A stretch of DNA of 64,000 nt from contig OX597819.1 of assembly GCA_951406725.2 (NCBI GenBank), positions 19,034,001 through 19,098,000 on the forward strand, written 5' to 3'. The position numbers and the translations under genes are program-made. The notes below the pieces were generated by a model. That model was not told the DNA's origin and searched no databases. It worked only from the letters and a program-made list of their open reading frames with translations. This DNA is from Octopus vulgaris. Its lineage: Eukaryota. Within the stretch, counting starts at the first letter, position 1; each line of letters starts with the position of its first letter. This document shows, piece by piece, positions 27,054-42,497 of this stretch.

Positions 27054-28018
27054 TATATATACGTATGTATATGCATATACATATACATATATATAAATAT
27101 ATATATATATATACACATATATTTAAATATACATACATACATATACATATATATATATATATATGTATATGTATATATATATATATGTATATATATGTGT
27201 ATGTAGGTATGCATGTATACCTAGGTGTGTATATGTGTCTAAGTGTGTATTTGTATATAGAGATGGATATAGAAAAGGCGAAAGAGGAGAGAGAAGGAGA
27301 GAGAATGAGGGATAGAAAGAGGAGAAAGAAAAGAGTCAGATAGAGAAACAGAAAATTTTACTGAGAATGAAATGATGAAGATGAAATAGAAGCTGAAATA
27401 CGTTGGTTTAGACAAACATGCAGACACACACATCTATGTACATACATACATACATACATACATACATCATCATCATTACTATTATTATTATTAGTTCTTC
27501 TTTAAAAATATGTACATAAGTGTATGAGGGGGCGAGAGAATGTTATATGCGTTTATGAGGGGACATATGTCTTATCTCATGTATGCACACATCTATAAAA
27601 TGACATGCGCAATAAATCTCAGTTCATTTACACACATATGCGTGATTATACGCGAGGAATGATGTATAAATATATACGTGATGTATTTCATAGAATAAAT
27701 TTCCATATACGCAAATTCAATATAATGTAATGAGTGTTCATGCTCTCGAGTCTGTGTCTATGTGTGTGTGTGTGTATATGCGTGTGTGTGTATATGCGCG
27801 TGTGTGTGTGTGAGTGTGTTTACAATGGTAAAATATGTTTTCAGTGAACATGTGAATCGCGTTCCATTATTGCATATGTATATCTTGTTTAGATTAATTT
27901 CTAACTTACCCTTGAGGATTTTATTCCACAAATGTAATATCGAGTTGTTTATACCTCATATCTCTTACCTTTTTCTTCCCCCTGACTAGAATATACATAC
28001 ATGCATACGTACCTACAT

Positions 28019-28062
<44 letters not shown>

Positions 28063-28089
28063 ATATATATATATTTATGTATATGTATG

Positions 28090-28157
<68 letters not shown>

Positions 28158-28708
28158 CATATGTATATATCTACACACACATATAAAGCATATATATTTG
28201 TTTATTTGATCCATTGAGGCCTGTGGTTTAATGGCTTTAGCATCTTTTAAGCAGAATACTATAGTTCTATAAAACATATAATTATGGTCTAATAATAGTT
28301 GAAATACTTAAAACCAATTTGGAATTCAATTTGAAATAAACAATTTCAAATTGATCCAAGATGTCTACAGTGGAATATTCCAATACGATATTCTTTTAGC
28401 TTCAATAAATTGTTTTCTTGTGTTCTTCAGATGATTACTTTTTTTTTAATGCATTTTTTATCTTCATATTTTCATGTTGATTTTTCTGATTTCTGAATAT
28501 ATTTTCTCTTGCTGTCATTGACAATATTTTATTCCATACAATATTTACCTTTATTACTGAATTGCTTTTCTTAAATCTATATATTCTGTAATTTTATAAG
28601 GCAGCTTGGGATATATGAATTATATGTATATAGGTATGTGTACATATACCTGTGGGTATGCTTATATATAAATGCTTCTATATATATATTAAACTTATAT
28701 ATGTATGT

Positions 28709-28759
<51 letters not shown>

Positions 28760-28773
28760 CATATATATATATG

Positions 28774-28815
<42 letters not shown>

Positions 28816-28865
28816 TATGTATATATATATATGGGTATATATATATATATACATATATGTATATA

Positions 28866-28897
<32 letters not shown>

Positions 28898-30470
28898 CAT
28901 ATATGTATGTATATATATATATATATATACACATACATACATAGATGCATATTTATACATGCATACACACGCACACACACACACCCTCATTTATGCATAA
29001 CTACTGATATAGCTATACGCTTATGCATATATTCATATATCCCAAGTTGCTATATAACTTATAATTATATATATAAGTATGTATGTATGTATGTATGAAT
29101 TTCTGTGTGTATGTATGTGTAACGTATTCAATCAGAAATATATAAATATACAGGAGAAGCACACAATCACGTACTTGCTTCTTTTTTTCTTCTTCTTGAG
29201 ATGAAAAAAAAAGACAAGAAAGAATGAAATATAACGAATCTCAGCAAACGTTTTGGTAATTCGAAATTATCTGTCAGCTATCAGGATTCTTGACGTCAAA
29301 CGAATATTGTTTCCCAAGCGGATGGTATAATACAACAATAATGAAATGTCAGAGATTGCTAAACAATGCATGCAATAACATAACGTTGAAATAACGATAC
29401 TGAGGATATACTTTTACAGTGTATAAACTCCTGTATCTGTTACGGGTATTTCAAAAGAATATTTTCCTTGTAAGTGTTGTGGTTTAGAATCTCGCTTTAA
29501 TGTATCTACAGATGAGATCGAAAATAGCAGACGTAGAGTCAAATGCAGTACATCCGTGACCGTCCATCATGTTTCGATTGCTTTAGATTCCTTCCGTCAT
29601 TTCATACATTAGAATTCAAGGCGTGATTTCAGAGAGGTTTGGAAGCTTATATATGGCAAAACTAACGACCAAGTAAAGGCTTTCTCTCTGACTCTTAGAT
29701 GCGATGAAATGTCTATCGTTCCCATAATTCTTACCATTTTACTTTTATCTTTTTATTGCTTTGTTTCCCTTCTTTAAACTCAGGTAACACTCATCGACTC
29801 ATATCTTTTCCAGTCACATATTCTCACACGTATTTCTATGTATCAGTGATTTATTGTACTTGGTACTTTTATCTAAGAATGTAGAGATACTGCGACTATA
29901 TTTTGAAATCACTATTTTTTTCACAAAGAACATGAAAAGTCCAGAAAATGTCAGATACAGACGAGGGGACATCAACAATAAAGTCCGGTGACCGTGCAAT
30001 ACTATATATTAGTAGCACTTAGTTACTCTCTCAAACTTGACATGTAACTGTCGATTATTAGTGGATGAGATAATAATCATATAGGTTCAACAAACATCTA
30101 CAGGTGACAATACCTGGGCAAATTGAATCACGGAGTTGCTGGATATTCCGATACTTAAATCATACCTCTTCGCCCAGGAGACTCGGCCTTCATTGATGAA
30201 GCCCACACCTGCATCCAAATGATATTCTGCTTCTCTTACCGATTATCTCCTTTCAGCCAGAGCAATCTAGACTCTCTCTGTCTCTCCCTCTCTCCCTTCT
30301 CTCTGTCCCTCTCCCCTCTCTCTGTCTCTCTCCCCTCTGTCTCTCCCTCTCTCCCTCTCTCACTCTCTACAGCAGATGCATTGCTTTTGATAGATATTCT
30401 ACCACAAGTTGCTGCGCTAATTAATTACTATTTGACCATGGTTTTTATATATATATATATATATATATTT

Positions 30471-30506
<36 letters not shown>

Positions 30507-31059
30507 AAATATTACAAGTTGCAGTTCGTTCGTTAAAAACCACCAAAAGCTATTGACCTCTACAACAGTACATGACATTTGTTCGCTGACTTTCAGGTCA
30601 GTATCTGGTTTGTTATACTTACAACTTACTATTGTTTTTATTGGAGTGTTCCACGAGTATTCCTTGTTTTTAAAGGTGTGAATACCTCATGGTTCCGACA
30701 TGCCTTTCACGTATGCATAAGGGCAATTCTTCATGAACATGGCAGTGTAGTCTATATAAGTATATCATGCCTCATGGGCAGTTAGTATCTCGTAGGCATC
30801 TTGAGGCAGCAACTGTTGAGTGTAATACCCTCCACACTCGTATAGCAGAGCTAATATTTTCTATCACAACGAGGAGGTTTGGTGGTATCTTTGTCTTTCT
30901 TGTTTATTAGGTGCTCAGTAACGATCTTCTATTCTGGATAATACAAGGATGTACTTCTACATGGGATGAAATGAATCTATCACAGCTCCAGGAATGGTTA
31001 CACTTCCTGACAACGCTCATGTTATCCTTTAATTTACAGGATATGTAAACATACATTGC

Positions 31060-31800
31060 TTTTAAATGGTATGATGCCTGCTTCTCCACCAAACTTCTAT
31101 TTCGGCAGGTCAGTCTAACCATCTTTGGGTCGCATGAGACAGTTCTATTCTCAAAATACACGCAGATTGTTCCATCTTCAACTCTGAAGATGTTTCCCTC
31201 TGAACATGTTTGAAGTAGGCTGGGAAGCGACCACAACATAAACTAATGAAAATTATAAAGACTGAGTGAAGGAAAACCTGAAGAAACTAGCTATGAATAA
31301 AAGTGATTGGGAAAATGATGTTCTAGATCGGAACATGTGGAAAGGTGCTGTTAGGACTGGTCGCAATGCCTGGAAGGAAAAGATGATTCAGTACGCTGAG
31401 CTTAAAAGGGCTTGTAGCAAAGAACGATTGGAACTGTAAACAACAGTGAACATTGGATATGTCTTATATGGGATCATGGTCTGTTGTCAAAATGAGGTTA
31501 CGGAAATCATATGAAGTCACATGACAATCGATATGCCCGGACGAGTAATGATCTTAGAAACCAATCGCCACTAACGACTTGTGTCATGCGTCAAAAACCT
31601 TGTAAGACGATATCTGGACGTAAAAGTCATATGCTACTTCACAAAAACATTCCTTCAGAATGAGATTTCAAAGGGCAAAGATGTAAAAAAAAAACCTTGA
31701 ATAATATTTGTCACTTGTGTTTTAAAACTTGTCAGCCAGCAGCTGGTCTTAAAATCCATCTAAGGGACCATCAACGGAGTGATTGTACTGTGTGATGGGA
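31060..31800 (+). mobile_element. Decayed RTE-type LINE 3' region with three C2H2-like fingers
   Basis: YKD*VKENLKKLAMNKSDWENDVLDRNMWKGAVRTG...AELKRAC, followed by WICLIWDHGLLSK*GYGNHMKSH, TCVMRQKPCKTISGRKSHMLLH and ICHLCFKTCQPAAGLKIHLRDH. Confidence 0.78.
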
Positions 31801-34602
31801 TGTGGTATGTGTTGATGGGATGGCCATGATCTGTCAAGATGAAGCAATGATCATGCTTGTATGTATACATCTGTTAGGAATGCCAGAATTTTCCTTTGGA
31901 TAGAGAATGAACCGTCATTGGTGGTAACTAAGGATGCACACCATTATATAAAAGATCACCATAGAAACCAAACCGATGTGTTTTCTTTCAAATTTTGATT
32001 TTGTTTTTATAAATGCATGTTTTGAGTAGATCCATCCACTTTGACCCCATTCGGTACAGCCAATCACTTTTTGGCAAATTCACTGGACGTGATCGTTCGC
32101 CTCTCTAACTAAAACGTTCTTTCTTACTGGGTGGCAAATATTCAATGATTGCTTGTTTAAAGAGGATATCGTTGGTTCTTCGATATTTTCAGTCCTTTCG
32201 AGGACAAACCTGAATCCTCATAGATGCCGACCGAACTGTGCGTTTATTGGCAACATATATAAAAAATTAATATCTAAAAGATTACTATTTACAGTGATAT
32301 ACATAATTTTTGGTGACGATTATTTTAAGTCATCTTTTTGAATAAATATTTCTTGGCCTAATGGGGAAACATCAATTTGGTGCCGTCTGTTAAGAAATCT
32401 ATAAGAGAATAGGTATATGGTACACCATCGAATTATCCCTCTTTTTTTTTGTTTTGTTTTGTTTTCAGACGTAGTCAAATGTCTGATACATTCGTTTCAG
32501 GAGCAGCTCTTAGTGATATCTCTTACGGTACACCAGTGTGACCCTATTATGTTCAGTTTTACCAGCTGCGACGTGTGATTCATTTTATCTCAACGAAAAC
32601 GTTTATTTAGCCTACAGTATTTGACAGTACTTTAAGCAAACTCGCCACAAATATATACCTTTCTGAACATATGCCTGTATATATTACACAAAATATTCTG
32701 AGTCCAAGTTTGTATTTTCTATTTGTAAATAAATGTTACAAAGTTGATTTGAAAGAGAATTGTAGTGAAGTGACGGAAAGTAGTTATGTCTCGCACAAGA
32801 TTCTATAACAAAGGGGCCACTCGCAAGCGATTGCTACATGAGAGTATGTAATACAATCCCTCTATTTTCTGTAGGTTTACATGTAGTCATGAACTTAACA
32901 TGAAACCCTCTCTGCTTCATCCATCTCTGACCCAACAAATATCCATAAGACGGCTAAAGGTAGACTAATCTGGATTAACATTCGCTTGATGCTCACTTGC
33001 AATGGAGTAGAATGTACGTACGTGTAATTCAGCGCTTTGTTCAAATCGAGACTTCAACCTTATGATCGAAATTGAAACACCCTAAACGCTAAGTCACACA
33101 CCGTCACTATTAAATCAACATTTCTACCACAATTTGCAGGAAATCAAACTAAAATTCTGGATATTCTTTTTCTCTTTATTTGCCTTTTGAAGTTCATTTA
33201 CATATGGAATAAATATCGAGGTTCTTCTGGAACATCTGTATACCATAGTTTGGCAATTTTTAAAATAGATACATGATCGTGTAGGCTTGAAGACTTCCGG
33301 AAATCTGTAACTGTGAGGGTGAAAAGTCATTTTTAAGTGAAAACAGAAAACTAAAATCTATTTCAGACTGGAAATATTTCGAACCTAATTGATTTACATT
33401 CGGCAATAAAAACAGTGAACCAAAGTCTGTGAGATGACTCGGATGCAGATCAAATTGTAAAGAACATAGACGAAAGAGACGAGACAATAGTCTTTTTTTT
33501 CTGTCCATTAGTAAAAATACTTTTAAAGTGTATCTGTACTCAGAGCATTAATTTTCTCAGTAAGACGAGGACGTACCCAGCTTAAGCTACGTATTTGTTA
33601 AAGACAGGAAGGAAATCTCGATAATTGCACCAACTCTTAGAAACAGTCAAAATTTCTTGATTACATGTGATACCATCTTAGCAAAAGAAGCACATTTGAT
33701 AACGTAGGCCTATACAAAATACCTGAAAGGTTTAACGGATAAGAATAGCTAAAATGCTTCAAACAATATCCTTGCTTTATCACAGCTACCTTGATGCCAA
33801 TCGTAAAACTAGCAACAATCTATAAGGAAGCATGCGTATAATAAACACTTGTTTATAGCGATGTGCATATATATATATTCAACTTAAACGCTCTTAAATT
33901 TTTAGAAGGTGTGACAGCACTTCAGGACTCTAAATACAATTAAGTTAATACCTTGTTTACACTACAACACGGATAATTGCCATAAAACACATACCTGGTA
34001 CTTATTTAGTCATAAAACATAGAAGATATTAGCTACATGTAACATATATTAAGATTGAAAATAAACACTACAAAAGTGTAATTTTCCAATTTTAAGTACA
34101 ATATTTTCTAAATATTATTGTATTTGATTTTTTTCCCCTTGTATACATACATAGTTTGTTTACTGAGTTGAAGAGAATTTCTAAAGCTGATTCTTACAAG
34201 CGTAATAGAGTTTAGTCTAACATATATTTGTTCATTTGGTATCAAATTTGATAAAGTTATAAAATTTTTATGTGAATTATATGGAAAATACGCAATATAT
34301 ATGTTATTACTTATTTTAAATCTATATCTACATAAATAAATGTGTGAGTATGCATGTGGGGATGTGTGTCGTCATCCAACATAATACGAATTTACTTTTC
34401 AACAGATTCATATAAATATATAAACTAGATGCAAATATGTGATTATAAAGATTCATAACAATTTATACTTTTAGATGTGCATATACACATCTAATCAGAT
34501 ATACGTATATATATATGTATATATGATATATATATATATATGTTTGCATGTATATTCATGTATATATGTATATATATTATATATATATATGCATATATAT
34601 TC

Positions 34603-34668
<66 letters not shown>

Positions 34669-34732
34669 GTATATATGTATATATATTCATAGATAGATAC
34701 GTATATACGCATATATATATATGCACACACAG

Positions 34733-34771
<39 letters not shown>

Positions 34772-34898
34772 GAGAAAAGGAGAGGGACATTTTTACACAT
34801 TCACACGCATAAGCGTACATACATAGTCATAGACACACACACACATTAACACACATGTATAAATGTAAATATATACCATGCACACATACACACATATT

Positions 34899-34949
<51 letters not shown>

Positions 34950-35199
34950 ATAAATATCAGAAATGCGGGAGATATTGTTGAATATGTTGAAGTATATTGA
35001 GACTTCAGTGAGATTGAAAGTAAAAACGATGTGATCGTTAGTTAAAAAAAAAACAGAAACCGAGCGAATGTGATATAATTTACGTGAGACTGGTCTTTCA
35101 CTCAACTTCACCCCGAATTTTTCGCTTTCTTATTTTCATTTATCATTTAAATATGGACCTGGAACTGTCAACCTGAAAATAAGTTGATAGCATAAAACC

Positions 35200-35454
35200 C
35201 TTCCAAGTTCATTCAGCTACGCATATCAAGAACCCGGCCTCCATTATTGTCTTTGCAGCTGTTGGGAAATTGATGCCTTCTAATTTTATTGAAGCGGGTA
35301 TTACTAATAATATTAACACATCAGAGTATCTCAAACTATTAAAAGTTTTTTTGCCTTCGATTAAAAAGCATTATGAAGCAAGAGGACTCATTATTGTACG
35401 GGACTCCGTGCCCGCTCATTCTTCTAAAAGACTGCAAGATTTATTGAAGAAGAG

Positions 35455-35456
<2 letters not shown>
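35200..35456 (+). mobile_element. Tc1/mariner transposase fragment (DD37D/maT-like), truncated by (TA)n
   Basis: IKNPASIIVFAAVGKLMPSNFIEAG..NINTSEYLKLL...LPSIKKHY...VRDSVPAHSSKRLQDLL matches the KHPASVMV...QDSAPAHTS region. Confidence 0.75.
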
Positions 35457-35500
<44 letters not shown>

Positions 35501-36141
35501 TAGAGAGTAGGTGTGCTCTATATGTGTGTGCATACACAGAAGATATGTATACACACACGCATACACACATACTAACACACGTGACTGTCGCTCGCAAATG
35601 TATATTGACATCGTTAACGACTGTTTTGTGACATGCAATGGGCTTCAAACAAGGTCACAGTTACTCCCACACATCCATGTATACACTGTGTATTCACACA
35701 GATTGTCGCCACATCAGAGAATGTACTACTGCGTGTGGCTAGAAATATAAAGCTGGAGAGTAATTTTTGTCGATGGGTGTTTAAATAATTGTGAGTTTAA
35801 AACGAAATTAGGAAACCCGAATATGAAAAACAGAGCTGATACTTAACTTGATCCAAAACGTGTGACTGACCCAGACACACACATATGTATATGTATGTAT
35901 ATATATGTATGTATGTATATGTATGTATAAAATGGCGGTGCCCCAGCATGGCCACAGCTCATTAGCTGAAACTGGAAAAATCAAAATCATCATATATATA
36001 TATATATATACATATATACACATATATATATAATATATATATATGTATATATATATCTATATAATAAATATATATATGTAATATACAGTTATATATATAG
36101 GTGTGCGCGTATGTATATGTATATATATATATATATGCATT

Positions 36142-36182
<41 letters not shown>

Positions 36183-36206
36183 TACAATATATATATATAC
36201 ACACAT

Positions 36207-36323
<117 letters not shown>

Positions 36324-38509
36324 CAGATATACAGATATACGTTACGTACTTACATGTACACATAGATAGTTAGAAACACCTACTGTTCCCCTTCATACGT
36401 TTCCATTTTGTTATTGCGTACATGTGCATGCGTGCGTATAAGAGAAGTGTGTGTCACTATAGACGAGTCGTCTGATATCTATACCACCGAAACCTTTCAT
36501 CTTTATACATATATGCAATCTGACACGCACTTATATACGGACATGTAATTAATTAATTAAACAAAAGTTAATTAACCTATTCAATCATAGAACAACGTCA
36601 AGTTGTCCAAATTCACAGGCGTGTGTCACCCAAAACATCATATTTAGTTTGTGGTATATCTGCAGCCTTTGAAGTCTGTCTGTTATTATTTCCTTTAATG
36701 GTTCCGATATTTGCCAGAAAGTTTCAACTGCCCTCTCTGACCCTCTTCCACAAAACGCAGTCATGCCAGACCATAGCATTGTATTGGAATCAGCCTGAAA
36801 AATCCTGCGTTTTTTCTATTTATCGGTTGTTATTAATACTTTTTTCCCCCTCTCTTGTAATATGAAACGCATGCGTACACAAACTGTAGCTTTCTATCCA
36901 AAATAATTGAGTCGTCGACACTTTCATTTATAACCGTCCGCTATTGTATTTAATAGTAATTATCGCTTCATTTAGTAGACAAATCTAAGCATTCACATAC
37001 ACATAAATATACATATATTTATCACATGCAAGTGTGTGCGTCTGTGTGTGTGTTTTGTACACACATAGTCTGCGGTGCTGAGGAAGTATTTCATGTTATT
37101 GTCTTTCTCATTGTTTTGACAGTTTCGCTCGTGTTTCAATTAGTTGGTCCTTTGAAAATATTGTATGAAAAATGTCACTCGTTGGGAAATGTCGGTAAAT
37201 GTAGTTATTAATACATAAAGGATGACTCTACCGAATCCTTTATACGACTCTAATAGAATCACAAATGTTTATGAGAATGCCGTATGCTCGCGGGTGCGAG
37301 TGAGTGCGCCTGCCTGTGTTTTGGTACTTGTGTCTGTGACCTTGTTTTTTTCTTTAAAATGAAAGTTTCACTCTCCATAAAAATCGTTTTCATATACTGC
37401 TGTGTGCTGTAGTTATTCTTGTGAATTCTGTATTTCGGTATTGACAGAGGAAGCTTAATTCCCACAAGTGAAGAATGCAATTCGTACAAAGGAGGAATAA
37501 ATTAATAAAGTTCCAACTCAAGAAGTGGTCAATAACTGGACGGTGGGAGGATGTTTTTAAAAATACTAAATGCTCACGTATGGAGCAAACGCCTATTTAG
37601 AAAAACATCTCAGTTGCTGATATGAGAGCAAAAATGATAACATTATGTGGAGTAGAATCGCAAAAGAAGTAAATAAAATGCGTGGTGCTTAGTGAGAGGT
37701 TTGGAGAATGATGATAATATAGACACTTCCCTTTTAAAAAAGGGATCTCGTAGGCTGGAGTTAAATCTCTTATTGTAATTATAAAGAAATACAGAAATCG
37801 AAATTAAATTCTTAATAATTAATAAAAGATACAAAGTTACTAATTTTATGTGCATGTACGGATAAAACTGCCCTTGATTTGACTAAATGGTTTATGAATG
37901 AGAGGAAAGCAACGCGTGCAGAATTTATGACAATCATTCGTGTCATAATTGCTATTCGACAATTCTATAGGACAGGATATAGAGAAACTGTATGGAGATG
38001 TTAACGATTCCCTATATTCAATAAATTTATTAGACTATGTAACAAACGACTTCTTGTTCATGGTAGATGTAGACAACCTCTGATCATTAATACAACTTGA
38101 AACGGATTATATAGAATTTGACAGTAAGAAATTGGCATTTGATGAGACGAGACGTATTAATAAAATACAAATATGCACATTATATTTAAAGGGTTAAATA
38201 TCATAGCTCAAACACATTTTATACTCCGCAGTAAATAAAAGAAGCGTACTCTTAATTTTTTATACTTTTTCATTTGCGTTTTCTTTGATGTCTGTTTATT
38301 AATTGAACCATTTAGTATGGTCAATGTGTTTAAGAGACGTAGAGAGCCATAATATTCCTTTGTACTTGGATTTCAGCCTTTTAACCATAGAGAGCAGATA
38401 AAGCTACCAAGAGATAGCAAAGCAATTATACTGACATAAACGTCTCCGAGAGGACTTGGCAGAAATGACAATAATTGAGATTAACAAAATATTAGCGTTA
38501 TAATTGTGT

Positions 38510-38745
38510 AGGGCTGTGGATTACAGAATAGTTAGAGCGTCGAACAAAATATCCTGTAGTGTTACTCTGGCCAATTATGTGCTGAGTTCGAATCCCTCCG
38601 AATTCCTATTTTAATTTCAACCCTTTTGGGGTCAAGTGCTGTCATTCACTCAAAACTGCTGACCTTCCAACCAAAAATTAGAGACAATCATCACCACCAT
38701 CATCATCATCATCGTCATCATCATCATCATCATCACCACCATCAC

Positions 38746-38799
<54 letters not shown>

Positions 38800-38925
38800 T
38801 GTTAAGCAACGAATAATTGTTAAATAGGTGCCATTTCATCACCGGGGTCAATGCAATCGCTCCCTCCGACATTGCCGTTCCCTCCGACATTGCTAGCCTT
38901 GTGCCAACATTTGAAATCATTCTCA
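38510..38925 (+). mobile_element. Degenerate SINE family B pieces split by (ATC)n
   Basis: CAGAATAGTTAGAGCGTCGAACAAAAT...CTGAGTTCGAATCCCTCCGA, then GGGGTCAATGCAATCG...GCCTTGTGCC after the (ATC)n tract. Confidence 0.5.
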
Positions 38926-39115
38926 GATAAATCATGGTTGTGTCTATTTGTCTGCATATCAACACAAAATGGCTGAATCACGACTTATTTAAAAAAAAAA
39001 TAATACTAATAAATAATAATAATGCGTAATAAAGTCTAGAATATACGGAGGAGAGAAGGACGAAAGGCAAGAGCAGATGGATATTGGTGGAAAAGAAGAC
39101 TAGCTGATTTACGTA

Positions 39116-39897
39116 AGGCACTGCCATGGCTATGTGGTTAAGAAGATTTCTTTGATTACCTGGGGTTTAGGGTTCAAACATACTGTGCTGTATTTTGAAT
39201 GAGTCTCTTATCTTCGACAATAGCCCTGGGTCGACGAATGCCATGTGAGTGAATTTGGTAGGCAGAAACTGTGTGGAAACCAGTCATACACACACACACA
39301 CACTCATATATATATGTGTGTGTGTGTGTGTATACATATATGCATACATATATATATATATATATGTATGTATATATAAAATAGAAAATGGGACAAGAAC
39401 GCAAAAGCATCAAGACAGTTAGGTGATGCAAAAAGAGACAACAAAACATCCAGATAGGTGATACAAAGAAAACAAGGAAGGGTCATTCGGAGTTTTCTTT
39501 CCTCAGTCGAGTTCCAGATTATCTTTGCAATTTCAGCTGGTTATACTTGAGATTGTTCCAATCTGGCCAACCCCAAGGAAAAACTAATCTAAGAGCATTA
39601 GATTCCTTGGAAGAAAGCAGCGAATATATAGGAAAATAAGGACGAAAAAAAATAACGGAGAGCATGTATATACGTGTTTGTGTTTGTGTGCGCGTGTATG
39701 CGTTTGTCTCACAACATTTGACGAACGGTTCGGTTTTCGTTTGTTTACCTAGACATATCTTAGCGGCTCGGGAAAAAGGAAACAATAGAACATGTACCGG
39801 ATTTGAATACACTTGAGTACTGAAGTCGATTAGTTCGATTAAAGCTCTGCAACACATGGCTCCAGCATGGCCGTGGTCCACTGTCAGAAACAAGTAA
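39116..39897 (+). mobile_element. Diverged CORE-like SINE family C with an insertion in its internal microsatellite
   Basis: 5' part 39116-39290 and 3' part about 39700-39897 (CTTAGCGGCTCGG...CTCCAGCATGGCCG...GAAACAAGTAA), separated by (CA)/(TA) and a foreign insert. Confidence 0.7.
39379..39663 (-). mobile_element. (TA)n-inserted non-coding element of unknown family
   Basis: About 285-bp non-simple insert between TA tracts inside a SINE, with an internal duplication (CATC.AGA..AGGTGAT.CAAA). Confidence 0.45.
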
Positions 39898-41944
39898 CTA
39901 TTTAAAGTAGAAACGATCTCTCTGAAGAACAAATACAAAGATTTGGCCTGCTATACTCAATGTAGTAAATGAATAGATTTTAATTAACTAAAATTACAGT
40001 TGTGTTGAGGATAAAGACTGTAAACTTAATGATGAGGTATCTCCTCCCTTTCTTGCCTCGAATTTTTAATTAAGTTAATGATTATTCATTGTCTATTTTA
40101 TTACTTTTTTTGTAATTGATTAAAATTGATTGACTACCAGCATTAAGTATATTAGTGCCAACCTTACCAAATTACAATGGCTGTTTTAGTAAAATTAATT
40201 TACTTTCTGATGTCAATTTCTGAGATATTCTGTAATCTGTATCATTAATATATTTTCTAAAAAATGGAATCGGATCGTTAATACAAGCGCCTAATAAATA
40301 TGCAGTTTTATGCCAATAAAAATATTCTACATAAAGAAAGCTCATATCGTATTTTTGTGTAAATTATTTTAATGTTTAGGCCTATTAATCTAATCACTAC
40401 AAAAAATACACATATACATGTATACGTTTCTAAATGTGGACATATATAAATACATTCACACACGCATGAATTATATGTGATGCACACACACATATACAAA
40501 TATGTGCGTGTGTGCATGTGAGTGTATGTATATATGTATATGTGCGCATAATGAGATGTCTGTGTGTGTGTGTGTGTGTGTTGTTCTACTTCTAATAAAT
40601 TTTCTCTGAGATCGATACCAATCTAATTTTGATGTTTCTTTAATATCAGGATGGTTGTGAAGGTTTCTCTATTTTCATATCTGGAGAAATTCAAGAGACT
40701 CAGGTTTTCTCGTATAAACCTTGTCTTTTCACCGATTGTAATTTCAAAATAAATTTTATAGTGTCCCATTTTATCATAAACTTTATTTTTTGTTTTTTTT
40801 TTTCAAATTCTGAAAATCCTTGTGTTTAATTTCTCTAAGTATTGATGAAAAAATTTGAATTCCTCGGAATTGTCTAATGACGGTGAGTGGAAGATTTCAC
40901 GCGCAGAAAGAAATTTTGTCACACAGGAAATGTGCCAGGCACTGAAATGTCATTACAGTTTAAAATGTTTTAAAAATAAACCCGACTAGATATATATTTT
41001 TGGTCGCTAATCTTTTTTGGCATGTATGATCGAAGAGAAATTTATGATGAAATATACTTCAGTGATTTAGGAATATTTGTGTTTATACATTTTCCAAATG
41101 CACTTAATATTACGCATTATCAATATTGCACAATATTACATAATGTTAAGTATTATCAAGAGATATTTAAGAGTTCTAGTATAACTATTTTCTGGTATAT
41201 GGCTGTAATTCATGGGATGATCTCACAACAACAAGAATCTAAACAATTATGTATATATTTATCCACTGAGCAAATTAGAACAGGAATGTGCTAATCGCTG
41301 TTCTTTTTTCTCATGAGAGAACCCCCGTCCACACTTTAAACGATGTGTGTTTATAACACAAAACGGGTTTCAAGATAGTAAAGGTAGTTCAAGATAATGA
41401 CATATTGTGTGTTTCCCGAGTCAAATCCACTCCACTAGACTTATGCATTGTCGAAACAGATGATGTGTTCTTCCCGATCGGATATTCACGCACGAAACTG
41501 ACAGAAAATATTACAAGCAAAGAGACACATATGATTTTGCTTGCAGAGGTTGTTTATGTACGAATTTTACATGAAATGATGGATACATTTGTTATCGTCA
41601 CTATTTAATAAAACCAAGATATTGGTGTTTTCCTTACATCTGAGAATTTTCCTGCACAATTTAGCTAAGAGTATTACGATGTTTAGCCATGTTATATTAC
41701 ATTTCTTACGAATACAAATCGTGTTTGTCATGCGAAATGATATCAAATTTTGCATGATATGTTAAATGATGGACAATCTCTATTATAAAATTTCACATTA
41801 TCTTTGAATGCCCATTTACTTAGCCAGGTGTATGATACTATGGAAAATAGAAATTGCCAAGGATTCGAATCTGTGGTGAGGGCATCTTGATAAATTTTCC
41901 TTGGCCATTTTGAATGACTGAAGTGTAAAGAATATTTTATAAAT

Positions 41945-42240
41945 CGAAGCTTGCCTTCCAACCACATGCTTTTGAATTCAGTGTCATTGCTCGGCTCCTT
42001 GGGCAAGTGTCTTCTTTTTCTCTAACCTGGTGCCGACCAAATTGTCAGTGGATTCAGTAGATAGAAGCACGACGAAGCCTATGAGTTATGTGTGGGTGTG
42101 TGTGCTTATGACTGTGTTTGTCCCCCACCATCACTTGAAGAAAAGTAAGTGCTGGGTTTATCGATTTATTCTTCTAATAATTCTTCGACGGGTACTATAG
42201 TATGGCCACAGTCTAATGACTGAAACAAGTAAAAGTTAAA
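41945..42240 (+). mobile_element. Degenerate SINE family C
   Basis: CCAACCACATG...CCTTGGGCAAGTGTCTTC...ATGGCCACAGTCTAATGACTGAAACAAGTAAAAG. Confidence 0.75.
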
Positions 42241-42497
42241 CAAAACATGCACAATAAATGATACGTGTTGTATGAATTGAAGAAATGGTGATTGGTACTC
42301 ATTTGAATGCGTCCCTTATTGATTTCCTACTTTCTACACACGCGCGCACCCCCATCACACACACACATATAACACTTATATGTAATGCTAAAATATATGT
42401 GACAATATCATCAATATTTCTCCATCCGTGAACACTCCATCTGCTTTTCAATCAACATTGTATCTTTTACTTCATTTTCCATTCAAAGTCTTCTTGT

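Noticed and set aside
32469-32960. Additional plus-strand exons after strong acceptors (32468, 32874)
   Set aside because: Donors are weak and frames are short; polypyrimidine-AG matches are common by chance here.
36585-36865. Short ORFs in non-repetitive sequence
   Set aside because: No domain or splice support in any frame.
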